A stretch of 63,475 nt of DNA, counting the filler, from Octopus bimaculoides (lineage: Eukaryota): the NCBI RefSeq assembly GCF_001194135.2. It is 5 parts of 5 records of this genome, joined end to end, with 100 filler letters (N's around TTAATTAATTAA, not from the genome) between each part and the next. Parts side by side here need not be neighbours in the genome. Positions count along the whole stretch, not along the records: positions 21,860 to 35,739 come from NC_068983.1; positions 35,840 to 53,030 come from NC_068981.1; 3 more parts are not named here. The stretch is one strand, 5' to 3'. Under the pieces are notes generated by a model, which saw only the letters and a list, made by a program, of their open reading frames with translations, made no database searches and was not told the origin of the DNA. The translations under genes and the position numbers were made by a program. Each line of letters opens with the position of its first letter. The stretch's first letter is position 1. This document shows positions 26,711-40,379 of the stretch, one piece after another.

Positions 26711-28984
26711 TGGTCAAAACATGAAAATCAGAAATAATTATTTCATACAGGCATATTTTTATATTCTAAATTGAAATACTGTGTTATTTCGTGGTTTTTC
26801 ACAATTTATCGGATGTGAATTACAGGAAGTTTAACCAAGAATGAAAAATGTTTCCTGATTTGTAGTGTCTCAAATTTCACGTTTCTAACCTGTGCTATAT
26901 AGCTATTCGGTGAGGATGGAGTTTTTATACTTACTGCTGTAGTTTCAATATTGAATCCATTGAAACACATCAAGGATAACGCATAGCTACTTCGATCCTT
27001 ATTTAGATCAGTTGAGAATGCTAACATCATAGCACAGAACTTATGGAGTGCAATTATACAACCTACATTTTATGTTGTTGATTGTCTTCAAATCTTAAGG
27101 TTTGTTTTTTGAAGAACAATGACTATACAAATAATGAAGCTGAATTAATTTAGTAGGACATGTAATCTACGCTTAATAATCAGGTATATGAAAATGGATA
27201 ACGATTATAGTTCTTTGGAATACGCATGGCACCTGAGAAAGTGTTTGTCATCTAAACCGTCCTGTATTTGACTGTTACATCTTTTATTTGTTAATATTTT
27301 CCGTTGCAGTTCATGTTCTTTCTCCAATAGATGTTTAACTCTGTGATAAATATATGCACGTTGATCATTCAATGCTTAACAATAGTTGTTTCTGCTTGTG
27401 TGCTTTGCAATTTCGTTTGCGTGTCATCTATCTCTAGCTTCAGTTGCCTGACTGTGGAAGCTAGCACAATGCTTCCAAACTATTGTGACTTTCTAAGTAA
27501 AATATGGAGACTTTGGTGACAAATTTGAGCCCCATTTGAGTGAGAGATTCAAAAGCAAACCATATGAGTTTTGACTGAATTTGATAAATGATATGTAACA
27601 ACATTTCAACAATTAATAAATTTTTAACATATAAATAGATGCACAATCTGGCAGCAAATTGGAAGCGACGTGTTCCCGAAACCACTAACAAAAACAACAA
27701 CAAAAAACAACAGTATTACCACTCACCCCACACAACAACAAAAACAGCACAAAAAATAATAATAAGTATCATCCTAATAACAAAATATCATGGCACATAT
27801 ATATCTATGATGTCAGTTTTGGCATATTTACTTTGTATTCTTAGAGCATGATTTATCCCTTTGCAATGTTTGCACAAACACAGCAAACTCCGGTAAACAA
27901 TAACAATAACAATCGATACACAACTACACACATTGTAGATACATATACGCACATATGGACATTGGCTGAGAAACATAACATAAAATCATAAGTAAGTGCA
28001 AAAAGGAAAAAGAAGCATGCAGTACTTTTAAACGCAGTCGTTTGTTTTTAGTAGTTAGCAGCTCGTAATAAATGATTTAAGCTTAAATGTAAGTTTACTG
28101 TCTAACGTTCGTAAGAAAATTTTTCGTTTTGGCAGACGACAAAGGATTGCCAATGTAATGACAATATTATTTCATTTGCTTAAACTTGTTATTGCAACAG
28201 CATTGTTTTCAGTAATAGAATACTTTGCATTATTTAACTTCACGATGGAGCCTCTGAATCCGCAACCTCTCAAAACAATATTCTAAATTGATTCTTACTA
28301 TTTACACCCAACGAGGAAAAAAGAAAGAAAGAAAGAAAGCAAAAATATATGGTAGCGACAAAAAAAAAAACGGACAATGTGTCAATAGTCAAATGTATTA
28401 GACTCATACTACACAGAGATAATATATGCAATATATAAAAAAAACAAGATACACAGATTTTGAAATAGAAAGGGTGTTACACAATCGGATAATTTATGTA
28501 GATTTGTAGTAATGTATAAAGAAAAGAGAAGTCAAGCAGCATCTGTATAATACAAAAAAGAAACCTAACTACGAAAGCAAAGATATGTCTTTCAGACAAA
28601 ACCATAACAGAACAGAAGCGGTGATAGATATAGATACACGCCCAAAGTTCTTAGAACAAACAATATCTTAAAATAAAAAAAGAACACAAACACGCAGACT
28701 CAGACAGAGACACATTCACGCAAACTCTCTCTGTCTCTCGTTTTCTCTCTCCCCATCTTTCTCTCACACGCGCGTGCGCACACAAACATAAAAAATGTGT
28801 AGAATAACAAAATTCTGCAAAAAAGAAATATGATGATGAGAGAGCAGACACCAACGGAAATAACAGTCCGAATTGTTAGAAAAATGTACTATTGAAATGC
28901 ATGCATAATAAAATAGATATATAGATTGAAAACACATTATCTGCTAGGGGAATATATGAACAGCAACAATAAATGAAAGACGAA

Positions 28985-29185
28985 ACTTTTATCTTTCACT
29001 TGTTTCAGTCATTTGACTGCGGCACCGTTTTGAAGAATTTTCAATCGAATTAATCGGCCTCAGTACTTATCTTTACAAAAATTTAGAATCTGGTAGTTAT
29101 TCTATCGTTCATGTTTGCCAAACTGCCATGTTACAGGGATGTAAGCACATCAACACTGCTTGTCGTTCGGTAGTGAGTGACAGAC
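28985..29185 (-). mobile_element. SINE family A 3' half, diverged
   Basis: Reverse complement of the family A tail. Confidence 0.7.
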
Positions 29186-29439
29186 CTAGAGACAGACATA
29201 CACACACGCATATAAATATATATAATGGAGAAATTATAGAAAATGTATAAATAAATGATGAGTAAAGCACCGGTACAGTTTCGATTACCTATTGTTATCC
29301 GTAGATTTATTGCAGGAACTTCGTAGTGGCGGTTGGGGTAACAGTATTAATAAGATAGATGGAAGGAGAAAAGACTTTATTGGGTACGACACATGTTTCG
29401 ACTCGTTCTGGGTCTCTTCGGGTACATCAATAAAAAGTT

Positions 29440-29981
29440 TTACGAGAGATTTTCTGATTTGGATAAGAAAAGCACTACTTACAAAAACAAACGTTGCAAA
29501 GCATTTAGAGTGGAGTAAAAACCTACAGAATTGGTCCCTAGACCAGTGGAAAATGTTATTTTCTTAGACGAGTCATCCTTTACTTTATTTCCCACTACCA
29601 GCCAATTATACGTGTGGAGACAGCCAAGTATACATGTACAGACTGCTTTTCTCCAACTGTTAAACATGGAGGAGGATCTGTGATGATCTGGAGGGCTATA
29701 TCTTGAAAATCTGCCGGCCCAATGGTTTCCATTCATGGCAGAATTAATAGTCAAGATTATTTAAGCATTTTATCTCATCAAATTCATCCTATGTTTGCAG
29801 AACCGTTCCCGGAGGGAAACGCAATCTTTCAGGATGATAATGCACCTCACACAGCTAAAGTTGTTACTGAATGGCACGAGGAACATTCTAGTGAAGTTGA
29901 GCATCTTATCTGGCTACCACAGTCCCCAGATCTCAACATTATTAAACTTTTATGGTGCATTTTAGAAAAACAATTAAGGAG
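29440..29981 (+). mobile_element. Tc1-like (DD34E) transposase remnant
   Basis: RKALLTKTNVAKHLEWSK...WKNVIFLDESSF...PTVKHGGGSVMIW...IFQDDNAPHTAKVV...WLPQSPDLNII across frameshifts and stops; truncated by a gap. Confidence 0.9.
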
Positions 29982-30137
29982 NNNNNNNNNNNNNNNNNNN
30001 NNNNNNNNNNNNNNNNNNNNNNNNNNNNNNNNNNNNNNNNNNNNNNNNNNNNNNNNNNNNNNNNNNNNNNNNNNNNNNNNNNNNNNNNNNNNNNNNNNNN
30101 NNNNNNNNNNNNNNNNNNNNNNNNNNNNNNNNNNNNN

Positions 30138-30174
<37 letters not shown>

Positions 30175-31627
30175 TATATCTTGTGTGTAGACCTGCATAT
30201 ATTTGTCGCTTACTTGTAAATCAGTTCTTTACGTAGAGTATAGTCATCTTGTATATCTCTAGTATAGTGACTTTGTTAGTAACGTACTTAGTAGTATTAC
30301 TAATAAAAGACATTTGTCTGATGTAACAATGAAATACGTATGTTTTTGGAGGTTTTTTTTTTGCGTTTATGCACTCCATTACAAATAGAAGATCTAATAC
30401 AGCGTTTGCAAATAATTATAAAAATTATAACAAATGATATATATTGCATCCTGTGCGTATGATACCTTCCCATATATGCATAAGTGTCTGCTCGTTTGTG
30501 TCTATATTGATGGAGACAATAAATAGATTCGCAGAAGCGTAGTTTAGTCAACTCATACCGAAATATAGACTCACAATAAAGGATGCTACAAATACTATTA
30601 GAATCGAAATTAATATAGCTAACTGATAATGTAAATATATAAATCATTATACATGAAGCTACGATAACAACATCCAAATTAATTAATGATATATTTATTG
30701 CTTGACTGTTAATTGAGGAGGGGTATTATTATTAGATACAACTCACAAACAAACAATTCTACAACAGATCAAGGTAAAATCAGTGAACAAAATATATACA
30801 TGTCTATCGTCTAGTTGTTCGTGTGACAGATAATATTATGTTCCATGAAAAACAGGATGACTGTAGGTAAAAGGTTCATGTATGTAAAAACGATCTATTG
30901 ATAAACCGAGCAGTTATTAAAGACGGCTGTAAAGGAGCCAAAATGTAAATATAGTTGTGCGTAATAGCGGAAAAACATTGGCGAACACGTTCTCGTGAAA
31001 TANNNNNNNNNNAATATATATATATATATATATATATGTACGTGTGTGTGTGTGTGTATGTGTGTGTAGATTGTTTGGGTGTGTGTGTGTGTAAATATTT
31101 ATATATTTCCGAGCGCGCGCACACATACACATATATAACCGTCACAGTGTAACAAGATAGACAAAAATAGCAGGATCCAGTCCATCCTCTCATATAAAGT
31201 AATATTTCAAGAGACTGTTTATCATTTCTAGCTTTCTGTATAGTTCTGGTTATACATATATATTTGTTGAATTAAACAAGAATTGACAACAAATAAAGTA
31301 AAATGTATATATTCACATCTCTATGGGTTAGCTGACGATAAGTGCAAGTCATTCTATTAAACGATGTACATGGATTCATACGAGATAGTAATAAGTACGA
31401 GATTAGACAAATGCACTAAAGTTACCAGCAAAATATAAAATGATAATAAATAAAAATAAGAAGGAATAAATATAATTTCCAGACATTTAGCTAGATTAGA
31501 ATCTACAATCAGTGAATAGGGATTGAATCACCTAGGGATTAGCAAAATCCATACAAGAGATACAGCTGTCTTCTCAGTATAATTCCTCGTTTGCAACTTA
31601 AGTGAACCTACAAAGATATGTATCATC

Positions 31628-31884
31628 TTATGAATCCACGTAATACATTTGCAAGGAAAAATATGTATTTCGATTATTTTTAATCATTGAGTCCGGAGCA
31701 AACCAGTGTGCATTACAATTTACAAGGTTTCCTGGACTGATGGGAAGGAGGTGAAAAGGTTCCATCATCAAACCGGAGATTTGCATAACTAACTTATATT
31801 TTCTTTTAATACACTGACCAGTGTTGGGTTGTATTACATTTCTGTTAATCCAATGTCCTTCAATGAAATATTTTATCATCACTA
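31628..31884 (-). CDS. Candidate terminal exon of an unidentified minus-strand gene
   Basis: Acceptor tttttctttcgtatttttag followed by 84 open codons MIKYFIEGHWINRNVIQPNTGQCIKRKYKLVMQISGLMMEPFHLLPISPGNLVNCNAHWFAPDSMIKNNRNTYFSLQMYYVDS*. No recognised domain. Confidence 0.3.
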
Positions 31885-33811
31885 AAAATACGAAAGAAAA
31901 AGTTTAGTCCAATGTTCAAACAAATCCTGTAAGGAATATCTGGTGCTTACATGAATCCGGTAATTCGTGGTTACTTTTACGAAATATGTAAGATGCATGT
32001 AAGGTAATTTAAGTAAAATGGATTTCGAGACAGAGAATATTAACTATTTTATATAGAAAGCAAGAATGATAACAAAAAAAGGAACAACGGAACAAAACAA
32101 ATTACTTAGAAACTGAGTCCACTGTAGCAGAACTTTTACATCAGGACGAAAAGAACAGAAATATTAAAAGATAAAGGCAAAAGTATTAACCTCAGAGTGA
32201 AACTAGAAAACAAAATCACTTTTAAAGAACAAGGAATATCTATTCCATAATCAATAACCTGCAGGAATTGGATATTGAGAAAGTGAGCCAGTATGAAAGC
32301 GAACAATTGTTCAAAATGTCTGCATTGATGCAAAAAAATTAAACGTCTGATCTTTCTTTTATCTTCATATAAACACACTAAAAGTGATTAACAATACACA
32401 TACGCACACAAAAATAGACCACAGATATATATTAATAAAACGCAAGGCTAACATCAACTGAAAATATGCAATGGACATAAATAACTAATCAACCTTTCAT
32501 TTTACAGCTCAGTCACGTCTGGGATAGAATACATCTACATATATAACTGGGTGTGTAGCTATATGTATCATATACATACTTTTTCGACAGTGGACAGGTA
32601 ATTCTATATAACTACTGAAAATAAAATCTGTAACGGTGCATTAATTCCGAAAGTAACAATGACATAGATATGTTACTGTTGAAAATACCATTCTACCTTT
32701 GAATGGTAATGCAAACCTTGCGAAGAAATGTAGCAATGATACGACGTGTAATTCGATAAACATTTAAATTACTTTCCTCCAAAACACTACGAAAACGAGG
32801 CCATAAGGAGAGAGCAAATTAGCAAGTGTTCTGAGCAAAGCTAGATTTTGCCTAGCGATGATAAAATCAATTATGAGGCAGAAGAGTATTATAATAGGAC
32901 CACATACTAGAAATATTTACTAAAATGAAGTCCTAGATGTTATCAGTGCAAGAAATTCACTACTCAGTTATCACCTCACTTCGTAACTCTTCTGAGGAAT
33001 CGCCTCCCAGCACTATGAAATATTTTGCAAGAAAATAAGGGCTAAAACTATAAACACGCTGAAAAGAATTAACATAAAATGGAAAGAAGAGATATGTTGT
33101 GTATCAAAAAAGAAAGAAAATGCACTGATCCAAATAATGTGTGCATAAGATACAGTAAAAACAAAACATGAAATTTAAACATATACACCAGATCAAAGAG
33201 TATAACTTTATACATAGAGCAAAAAAAAAAAACAAAAAAAACGCCCAACCTTATCGTTGAGAGCTAAAAATAGAAACCAAATTCTCTTCATCTCACATCT
33301 TACGTCTTGAAAAAGACGGAAGACGCACTGAAGACTACTGTCCTAGATATAGCCCGAATAACTGAGTGGATGACCACGTTTGGAAGGACTTTGATCATAA
33401 GTCTCTAAGAAGTGCCACTAAACATTGATTTTAAAAGAATTAAAGAAAAATAAAACTCATTCAATAGAATAGCATATCTACTGACTACTATTTATAATCA
33501 TAATACTATAATATTGCAAGTTCTTATTTTCTTATTTATGATTACTTTATATTTTCTCCAGTACTTCCAGGAGGTCAGATTTTTGTTCATTAATATTTTT
33601 AGTTAGTGTTATGTAAAAGATAACCAAAGAAATATCGGCAAATCAATACAAAATATTCAGCTGAAATCTTCTAATACAGAGACTTTTTAAAAAACAGAAA
33701 GTTAATACTCTTGTAAACAAAATATTTGAATGTGAGAACGTTTGTAAAAAATGTAAAATTCGAAGGCCTTTTGCTGTTGACTAGGTTTGCGTTATAATTT
33801 CACAGACTTAC

Positions 33812-33972
33812 AAACACACGCGCATCCACACTTGCAGTGTTTTTTACCCTCTAATTTATCACTATCAAACTGAATTCCATCAACATCAACCTGCGATACG
33901 TGAAACTCAAACACAATTTTGTTTTCGGTACCAGTTATTTCGATTTTGTTTACGTCAAAATAAATAGTGTCA
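33812..33972 (-). CDS. Candidate internal exon of an unidentified minus-strand gene
   Basis: ctctgttcatcag acceptor, donor gtaagt, open frame DTIYFDVNKIEITGTENKIVFEFHVSQVDVDGIQFDSDKLEGKKHCKCGCACV. Confidence 0.3.
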
Positions 33973-34053
33973 CTGATGAACAGAGCGTATTATTTTTTTT
34001 ATGAATAGACATTGACATTAAGGATTACGCTCTTAAATCCAGCGTATTTTTAG

Positions 34054-34127
34054 TAATCAAAGTCAGATCGGTGTTGATCTACGGAAGTAAATACGTATAG
34101 TGATCAACACTAGGCTGGCTTTGATTA
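34054..34127. ncRNA. Pre-miRNA-like / MITE-like hairpin
   Basis: taatcaaagtcagatcggtgttgatc pairs with gatcaacactaggctggctttgatta (24 of 26 positions including G-U), plus tacg/cgta closing a 10-nt loop. Confidence 0.35.
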
Positions 34128-34430
34128 CCGAAGAAGATAGTGCTGAATGTATTTCGGAATATATTGAGAGAGTTAAGAAGTGGAGATAATACATATAAGG
34201 TTAAACATACGTATATTTTTAGTTCTGTTCTTTTATTTATATAGAATGCTAGGAATTTATTCGTACGTCTAATGTACTAAATGAATGTATACTTATGGTA
34301 GATGAAAGGACGACAATTTAATTTTACACGACTAGTAATCTTTGACAAAGTCGCTGATACCAACGTCTGATCAATAAAATAAAAATCGCTCCATCCTACA
34401 GCGATAACATTTAAGTAGACGGTGTTGACA

Positions 34431-34448
34431 ATGGCGAACTCGAGACAA
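34431..34448 (+). CDS. Possible first coding exon (MANSRQ) of the ARH-like gene
   Basis: ACAATGGCG strong start context in a CpG-retaining patch, followed by CAA|gtaatc; the phase-0 end is compatible with the 58863 exon. Linkage is inferred only and crosses two scaffold joins. Confidence 0.25.
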
Positions 34449-35234
34449 GTAATCGAGCTTGAATATTATATAACCAAATAATATTGATAAATACATATTT
34501 CTGAAGAAATTAATACTACGGATAAGGACATGAATCTTGATTACATACTCTCATACATATAATTGCATAAATCATTAGTGAGGGAGTAATTCATAAAAAA
34601 TAATATGCACTATGAAGTTATATTTAATTCCAAGTGCATATAACTCGTATATTGGCTTAAAGCCAAAATTACCAAATTTGAAAAAAAGTCATAGAAAATC
34701 CTTATAGCTTGTAATGAATCCGGTAAATTGTATTTAATAATACCAGGGTATTTCTCCAGTGAATCACTACTAATGATGGTGCTCAGTTAAATATTTCAAT
34801 TTTGAGTGCAAAGTTAGTTGTGAATCTAATATTTAACCATAAAACGTACTAATATTAAAAAAAAAAATGATCGAATGTGAAAGTAGATATTTTAGAAAGA
34901 GTGAAAGAGAAGTAGCATGGTGTAAGGACTGGAACTATGCTACAGTACAGCGAGCTTTATCTACAGGGTCTAACGTACAATGTAAGAGAAGGACATCTTC
35001 TGGGTAGTCGTTCTTAAACCAAATTTTCAATTGAAGAATGCATAGTTGGTGATAAAGTTTAACTATCTACAAAGATAAGGTACTAAAATTTAAAGTACAA
35101 TTGCATAATTCACGCACACGCACACACACATATAAGCACACAGGCGCACACACATATAAACACACAGGCACACATGTATTTATATGTCTCTGTATGTCTT
35201 TGTCATTCGCTCTCGAAATATATTCCTTTATTAT

Positions 35235-35425
35235 TTAACTTGTTTCAATCATGTGACTGCAGCCACGTGATTAAAGTGATTTAGTCGAAGAAATCGACTC
35301 CAGGATTTATTGTTTGTGGGCGTAGTACTTATTCTATCGGTTTCTTTTACCGAACTGCTACCTTACGTGGACATAAACACATCAGCATCGGTTGTCAAGC
35401 GATGGCATTTGGGACGGGAACAAAC
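35235..35425 (-). mobile_element. SINE family A 3' half
   Basis: Reverse complement of the family A tail. Confidence 0.75.
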
Positions 35426-35878
35426 ACAGACACACACATAAACGCACAGGCACACGCACGCATGCGTATATCTCTTTGTCTGAGTGTGTATGTGTTGTTT
35501 TGATCGTCTTTGTGGTGTGTGTGTGTGTGAGAGCAACCGTATGTATGTGTGAGGGTGTGTACGTATGTGTGCGTATGTGTGTGTATGTATGTGTGCATCT
35601 GTGTGTGTGCGTGGGAGTGTTTTGTGTGAGTGTGGGAGTGTGTGTTTCCTTCTCAATTTTATTCGATTTTCAAAGAATATGTATGAGAATATGTATATGT
35701 ATATGTATTTTTCCATATGTGTATTTTCATACACTGTTTNNNNNNNNNNNNNNNNNNNNNNNNNNNNNNNNNNNNNNNNNNNNTTAATTAATTAANNNNN
35801 NNNNNNNNNNNNNNNNNNNNNNNNNNNNNNNNNNNNNNNTATATATATATACACGTCTGTCTATCTGTCAGTAAATAT

Positions 35879-35911
<33 letters not shown>

Positions 35912-36718
35912 CAGAAGCATATGATGACATATTGCAGGCATGTTAAAACAATGATGGTATGATGATGATGATGTGATGATAATGGTACTGATGATGGTGG
36001 TGGTGATTATAAAGCTTGCACTTCCTAGTTATGTCACAAGAATTAGTCATCACAAATTATAATCATATTATTTCAGTTTACCAAAGTAGCATACTTTTAA
36101 ACATCTTCTCAGTTACACTTCACAAAAATTCAGATGAATATAAAACCACAGAAAGAACCTCTATGAGGCTGATGCACCTAAATCTCCCCAAATTACACCC
36201 ACCATCTTAGAAAACAAAAGATACATTTGATAACGTAACTCAAGATGTTTGAAAAAAAAAAAAAAAAAAAAAAAAGATAGGAATCCCATAGTTGTAGTGT
36301 CATTAGACATTGACTGGCTCATTAAGGGCCAAACAACAACAGCTGCAGAACACTGAATCACTGAAGTACACTAGGTTTGATTTTACCCTTCATTTGCCGA
36401 ATTCTAACATTTCATTCATTAAGATATACGACCTACTTGTTGCTGAATCTGTTTCATCAAAGTTTTACCAATACTTAACGTTGAGCCAGAAGATAGGAAT
36501 ATGAATGATTAAGAATAAATACAAAGCTTCAGAAATTCGTTTATCAATCCTTAAATTTGAGTCAAGTGTCCAATTTTAGTAATGGGTCAGCATGATTAGT
36601 TAGGCTGTTAGTCCAAACGACAACAGCTATCCTGCCTATTTTGTTAAATTTTACAACTTAGGCCAGTGATGAGCTCAAGGAGCTCCCTAAGGCAAGAGTT
36701 TATCCCAGATTCCTTAGG

Positions 36719-37117
36719 TGTAGGAGTGGCTGTGTGGTAAGTAGCTTGCTTACCAACCACTTGGTTCCGGGTTCAGTCCTGCTGCATGGCACCTTGGGCA
36801 AGTGTCTTCTACTATAGCCTCGGGCTGACCAAAGCCTTGTGAGTGGATTTGGTAGACGGAAACTGAAAAGAAGCCCGTTGTATATATGTATATATATATT
36901 TTTTTATGTTTGTGTATGTGTTTGTCCCCCCAACATCGCTTGACAACCGATGCTGGTGTGTTTACGTCCCCGTAACTTAGCGGTTCGGCAAAAGAGACCG
37001 ATAGAATAAGTACTAGGCTTCCAAATAATAAGTCACGGGGTCGATTTGCTCGACTAAAGGTGGTGCTCCAGCACGGCCACAGTCAAAAGACTGAAACGAG
37101 TAAAAGAGTAAAAGAGA
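36719..37117 (+). mobile_element. Near-complete copy of the dominant tRNA-derived SINE (here family A)
   Basis: A box TGGCTGTGTGG, B box GGTTCAGTCC, body ...gtgagtggatttggtagacggaaactgaaag..., microsatellite spacer, tail ...gactgaaacgagtaaaagagt. Confidence 0.85.
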
Positions 37118-38482
37118 ATGTTGCATAGCATATTCCTTAGCATATTACATGATCCATCACAGTGTTAATTTCCCAGCTATTTCTGGAGATCACTTAGACT
37201 GAGTAAACAGGAGCAATGTGAAATGAAGCAATTTGCTCAAAAATACAATACGCCATCCAGTTGGGGAATCAAAACTATGATCTTGTGATCATGAATGCAA
37301 CAACCTAACCCCTAAGTCATGTACCTTCAAATTTTACCAGTTTACCAATATTTAAATGCTTTTTATTCTTATTCACTGTCTCTTATGATCTCACAGAAAT
37401 CATTAATTTTTCAAGTGATTTCCGTATCAAACTGTTAAAGGTTGATTATAACTTTTAATAATACTTTCAAGATGTTAGCATACTTTGATAATATTACAAC
37501 TTCAGCTGAAATGTTCTCAACATCTTTTACTACATGAATTATTTTTTCATATATCAAAAAATCCTCAACATATGTAATCATGTATGCACGCGTATGCACG
37601 TGCACACACACACACACATACCTTATGTATATCATTATCATGATGATGATGAGTGAATAGATAAATGGACTGCTGAATGTGTAAATATAAACACATACAC
37701 ATGCACACACACACACACACCATCATTATCTGATGCAATCATATATAAAACATGAGATTCTATAATCTAACCCAAAGACAAATGTAAATATTTAATCCAG
37801 ACAAAATTTATTTATCAATGAAAATAAAAATATACTCAGTCAAAATCAATACAAAGATTATCTCCATAACAACGCTTTGGTTTGTTTCACATTTTGTACA
37901 ATTGTTGAGTTCTTGGTCTAATTGTTGACAAGCACACTTTGCAGATTTTTTTCCTTGACATACAGTAGAGGATTTCTTATTTTTTTAATCTTAAGAGGAT
38001 TTGTTAGTCACAACGAAAAAAAAAAAAAGCTTCTTTTTGTTTTTGTGAAGAAATGGAAAGCTGTAGCAATATTGCCATTGCTTTTGTGAGATCAAAGGAG
38101 ATTCTTTTCTTTTTGAAATTCAAAGCACATTAAGTGAAGCTTCATAGGTATGTACTTCCTGTTTCAGACAGATTTTTCCAAGTTTGTGATCAGTTCAACA
38201 ACAATGTTTCTAACTTTATCGTAAAATTCTGGTATCAAAAAATAAAAATATCAGCAGCCCTTTCTCAGCAAACAGTAAATGATTCCTTATTTTATATTCT
38301 AAAAATGATTTGTTCATTATGATAAAACTTGCCAGCTCATAATAAAGCTATTGCTTTTGATAACATCAAATGATTTCTTCTTCTTTTTGAAGTACAAAAA
38401 CCCATCAAGTGGTGCTTCATAAATTTTTCATCTTCATGGTTCAAAGACAATGTAGTTCAGCTATATTTTCTTCCTGTTTCAG

Positions 38483-38616
38483 ATTGAGTAGATTTTCAGA
38501 GTTGGAAATAGTTCAACAAAGGAGTTTATAAACCAGTCACAGAATTCAAACGGAAAAGAAGAAAAATACCAACGATTCCAAATGAATAGCAATCAACAGG
38601 ATAACCTCTTGATAAT
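38483..38616 (+). other. Candidate exon (5' UTR or coding) inside the ARH-like transcription unit
   Basis: Strong acceptor ttttcttcctgtttcag and donor AAT|gtgagt. From the alternative acceptor at 38499 one frame is open (VGNSSTKEFINQSQNSNGKEEKYQRFQMNSNQQDNLLI). Confidence 0.35.
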
Positions 38617-38844
38617 GTGAGTCTGAATCTGAATGAAATTAAGATATATTTTTTCTTTTTCCAAATTTAAGACATTTGTCAGCTGAAGTTAGAAGATTTT
38701 CTATTGGGCCATGCATGCTACTGTGCTTTGTGTTTTACAAGCGATAAATATCTATACAGGCTACATGTTGCAGCCACTTTTTATCCTCAAGACTTTATTA
38801 TTGTCTATGAAGAAGAAACTAGTAGATGTTAGCACAGCTCATAT

Positions 38845-39125
38845 ACCCTTGTGAGTGGATTTGGTAGATGGAAACTGTGTAGAAGCCTGTTGTACAGAAC
38901 TGCTAAGTTATGGAGACGTATATGGGTTTGTCCCCACCACTTGACAACTAGTGTTGGTTTCTACACATCACTGTAGCTTTGCAGTTTGGCAAAAGAAATC
39001 AATAGAATAAATATCTCTCTTAAAAACTAAGTACTGAGGTTGATTTATTCAACTAAATCCCTTCAAGGTGATGCTCCAGCTAGGCCATATGCCAATCATT
39101 GAAATAGGTAAAAAGTAAAAAGATA
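38845..39125 (+). mobile_element. SINE family A copy, CpG-decayed
   Basis: gtgagtggatttggtagatggaaactg...; consensus CpGs read TG/CA. Confidence 0.75.
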
Positions 39126-40379
39126 AAAAAAAAGTCATCTGATGTAACAATTTTGTGAGGTAATAGACTGAAAACGCTTGAATAGACTGTCATTCTGATG
39201 AAGTTCATTAAAACTGAAACACGCCTGGAGCTGTATGTTAGCCTGAAAATAAAATAAAATTTCCCCTAAACAGATAAATTAATTTTGTGAGGTCAATCTT
39301 CAATATTTTTGAAATTATCTTTCCTTGTTGGAGAAAGAGTCACTAACTGCCATTAATATTTATTTTCTTCTAGCTAAAAAGGAAATTTTAATTAACAGAG
39401 AACATTTTGTAGTAATCATTTTAGTACTTCATCCCTTAACTTACTAACTTATTAATTCAAATTCATAACATTGGGTCACTTGAATTATTTCCCTTAGCTT
39501 CTTCAGGTTATCATGAACAGGTGAAGGTGTTTTGCAACTACATGGTTTTAGGTCCAGTTACCTAGGGTCTGTGTCTTCTAATGTAGTGCTTGGTCAACTA
39601 ATGCTGTGTGAGGCAATTTGGTACATAGAAACAGAAGGAAACCCAATGTGTATGTGTTTATGTGCATGCTGATGTGTCATGGTTTATACTATGCATATCA
39701 CTGCTTGAGCAAAGTAGTGCTGATGTTGACATGCCTTCTGGCATTATGACCAATTGCTCTGCAATTTTGAATATCTATGGAATAAAGATCTCAATTACTT
39801 GAAAAACAGGTAATGGCCAGCAGAAGGAAGTGCTCTGTGCCATAAAATCTCACCTCTAATAAATCTCAATCCAAACATATGCCAACATGAGGAAAAATGG
39901 ATATTAGATAGAAAAATGAATGAGCATATTTCATAAAAACAGCTGTTACATTAAAATATCTACTATTGACAATATACATACTTTGGTATGTTTTGCAAAG
40001 GTAAAGATTTGTAAACCCACTCAACATATGAATTTAGCAAAGTAGCTACAAAATATAAAGAGAGAAAAATAAAGATGATTCAACAGCTAATTTGATAGAA
40101 TAGAAAACTAACAGAGAATAGAATGAATAATTACTTCAATCCTACATAAGCTTTAACTTCAGAATAGCTAATTGATCAGCTTTTCATTGAATGAAATATA
40201 TGTCATGCTGAGTCCCTGACTATGGATTAATGACAAGGATTACACAGGATTTACTGTTAACAACAAATTGAGAATGTTTTATATCTATCAGAATAATTAG
40301 CCTATGAGATCACTGTCATTCATATATTTGATTTAGGCTTTTTTGTTTTGTTTAATTTTTACCCTTTTCTATAAGACAA

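Larger units (their letters stand above)
33800..34460. promoter_or_regulatory. CpG-retaining patch, probable promoter region
   Basis: Unique sequence with frequent CG dinucleotides just before the region where CpGs become scarce; contains ACAATGGCG. Judged by eye. Confidence 0.35.

Noticed and set aside
30300-30677. 125-aa minus-strand ORF
   Set aside because: No recognisable motif or clear splice support; an ORF of this length can arise by chance in a window this size.
33280-33420. Apparent minus-strand exon with gtaaga donor
   Set aside because: Resembles the interspersed repeat at about 60040-60120 and is not phase-compatible with neighbouring candidates.
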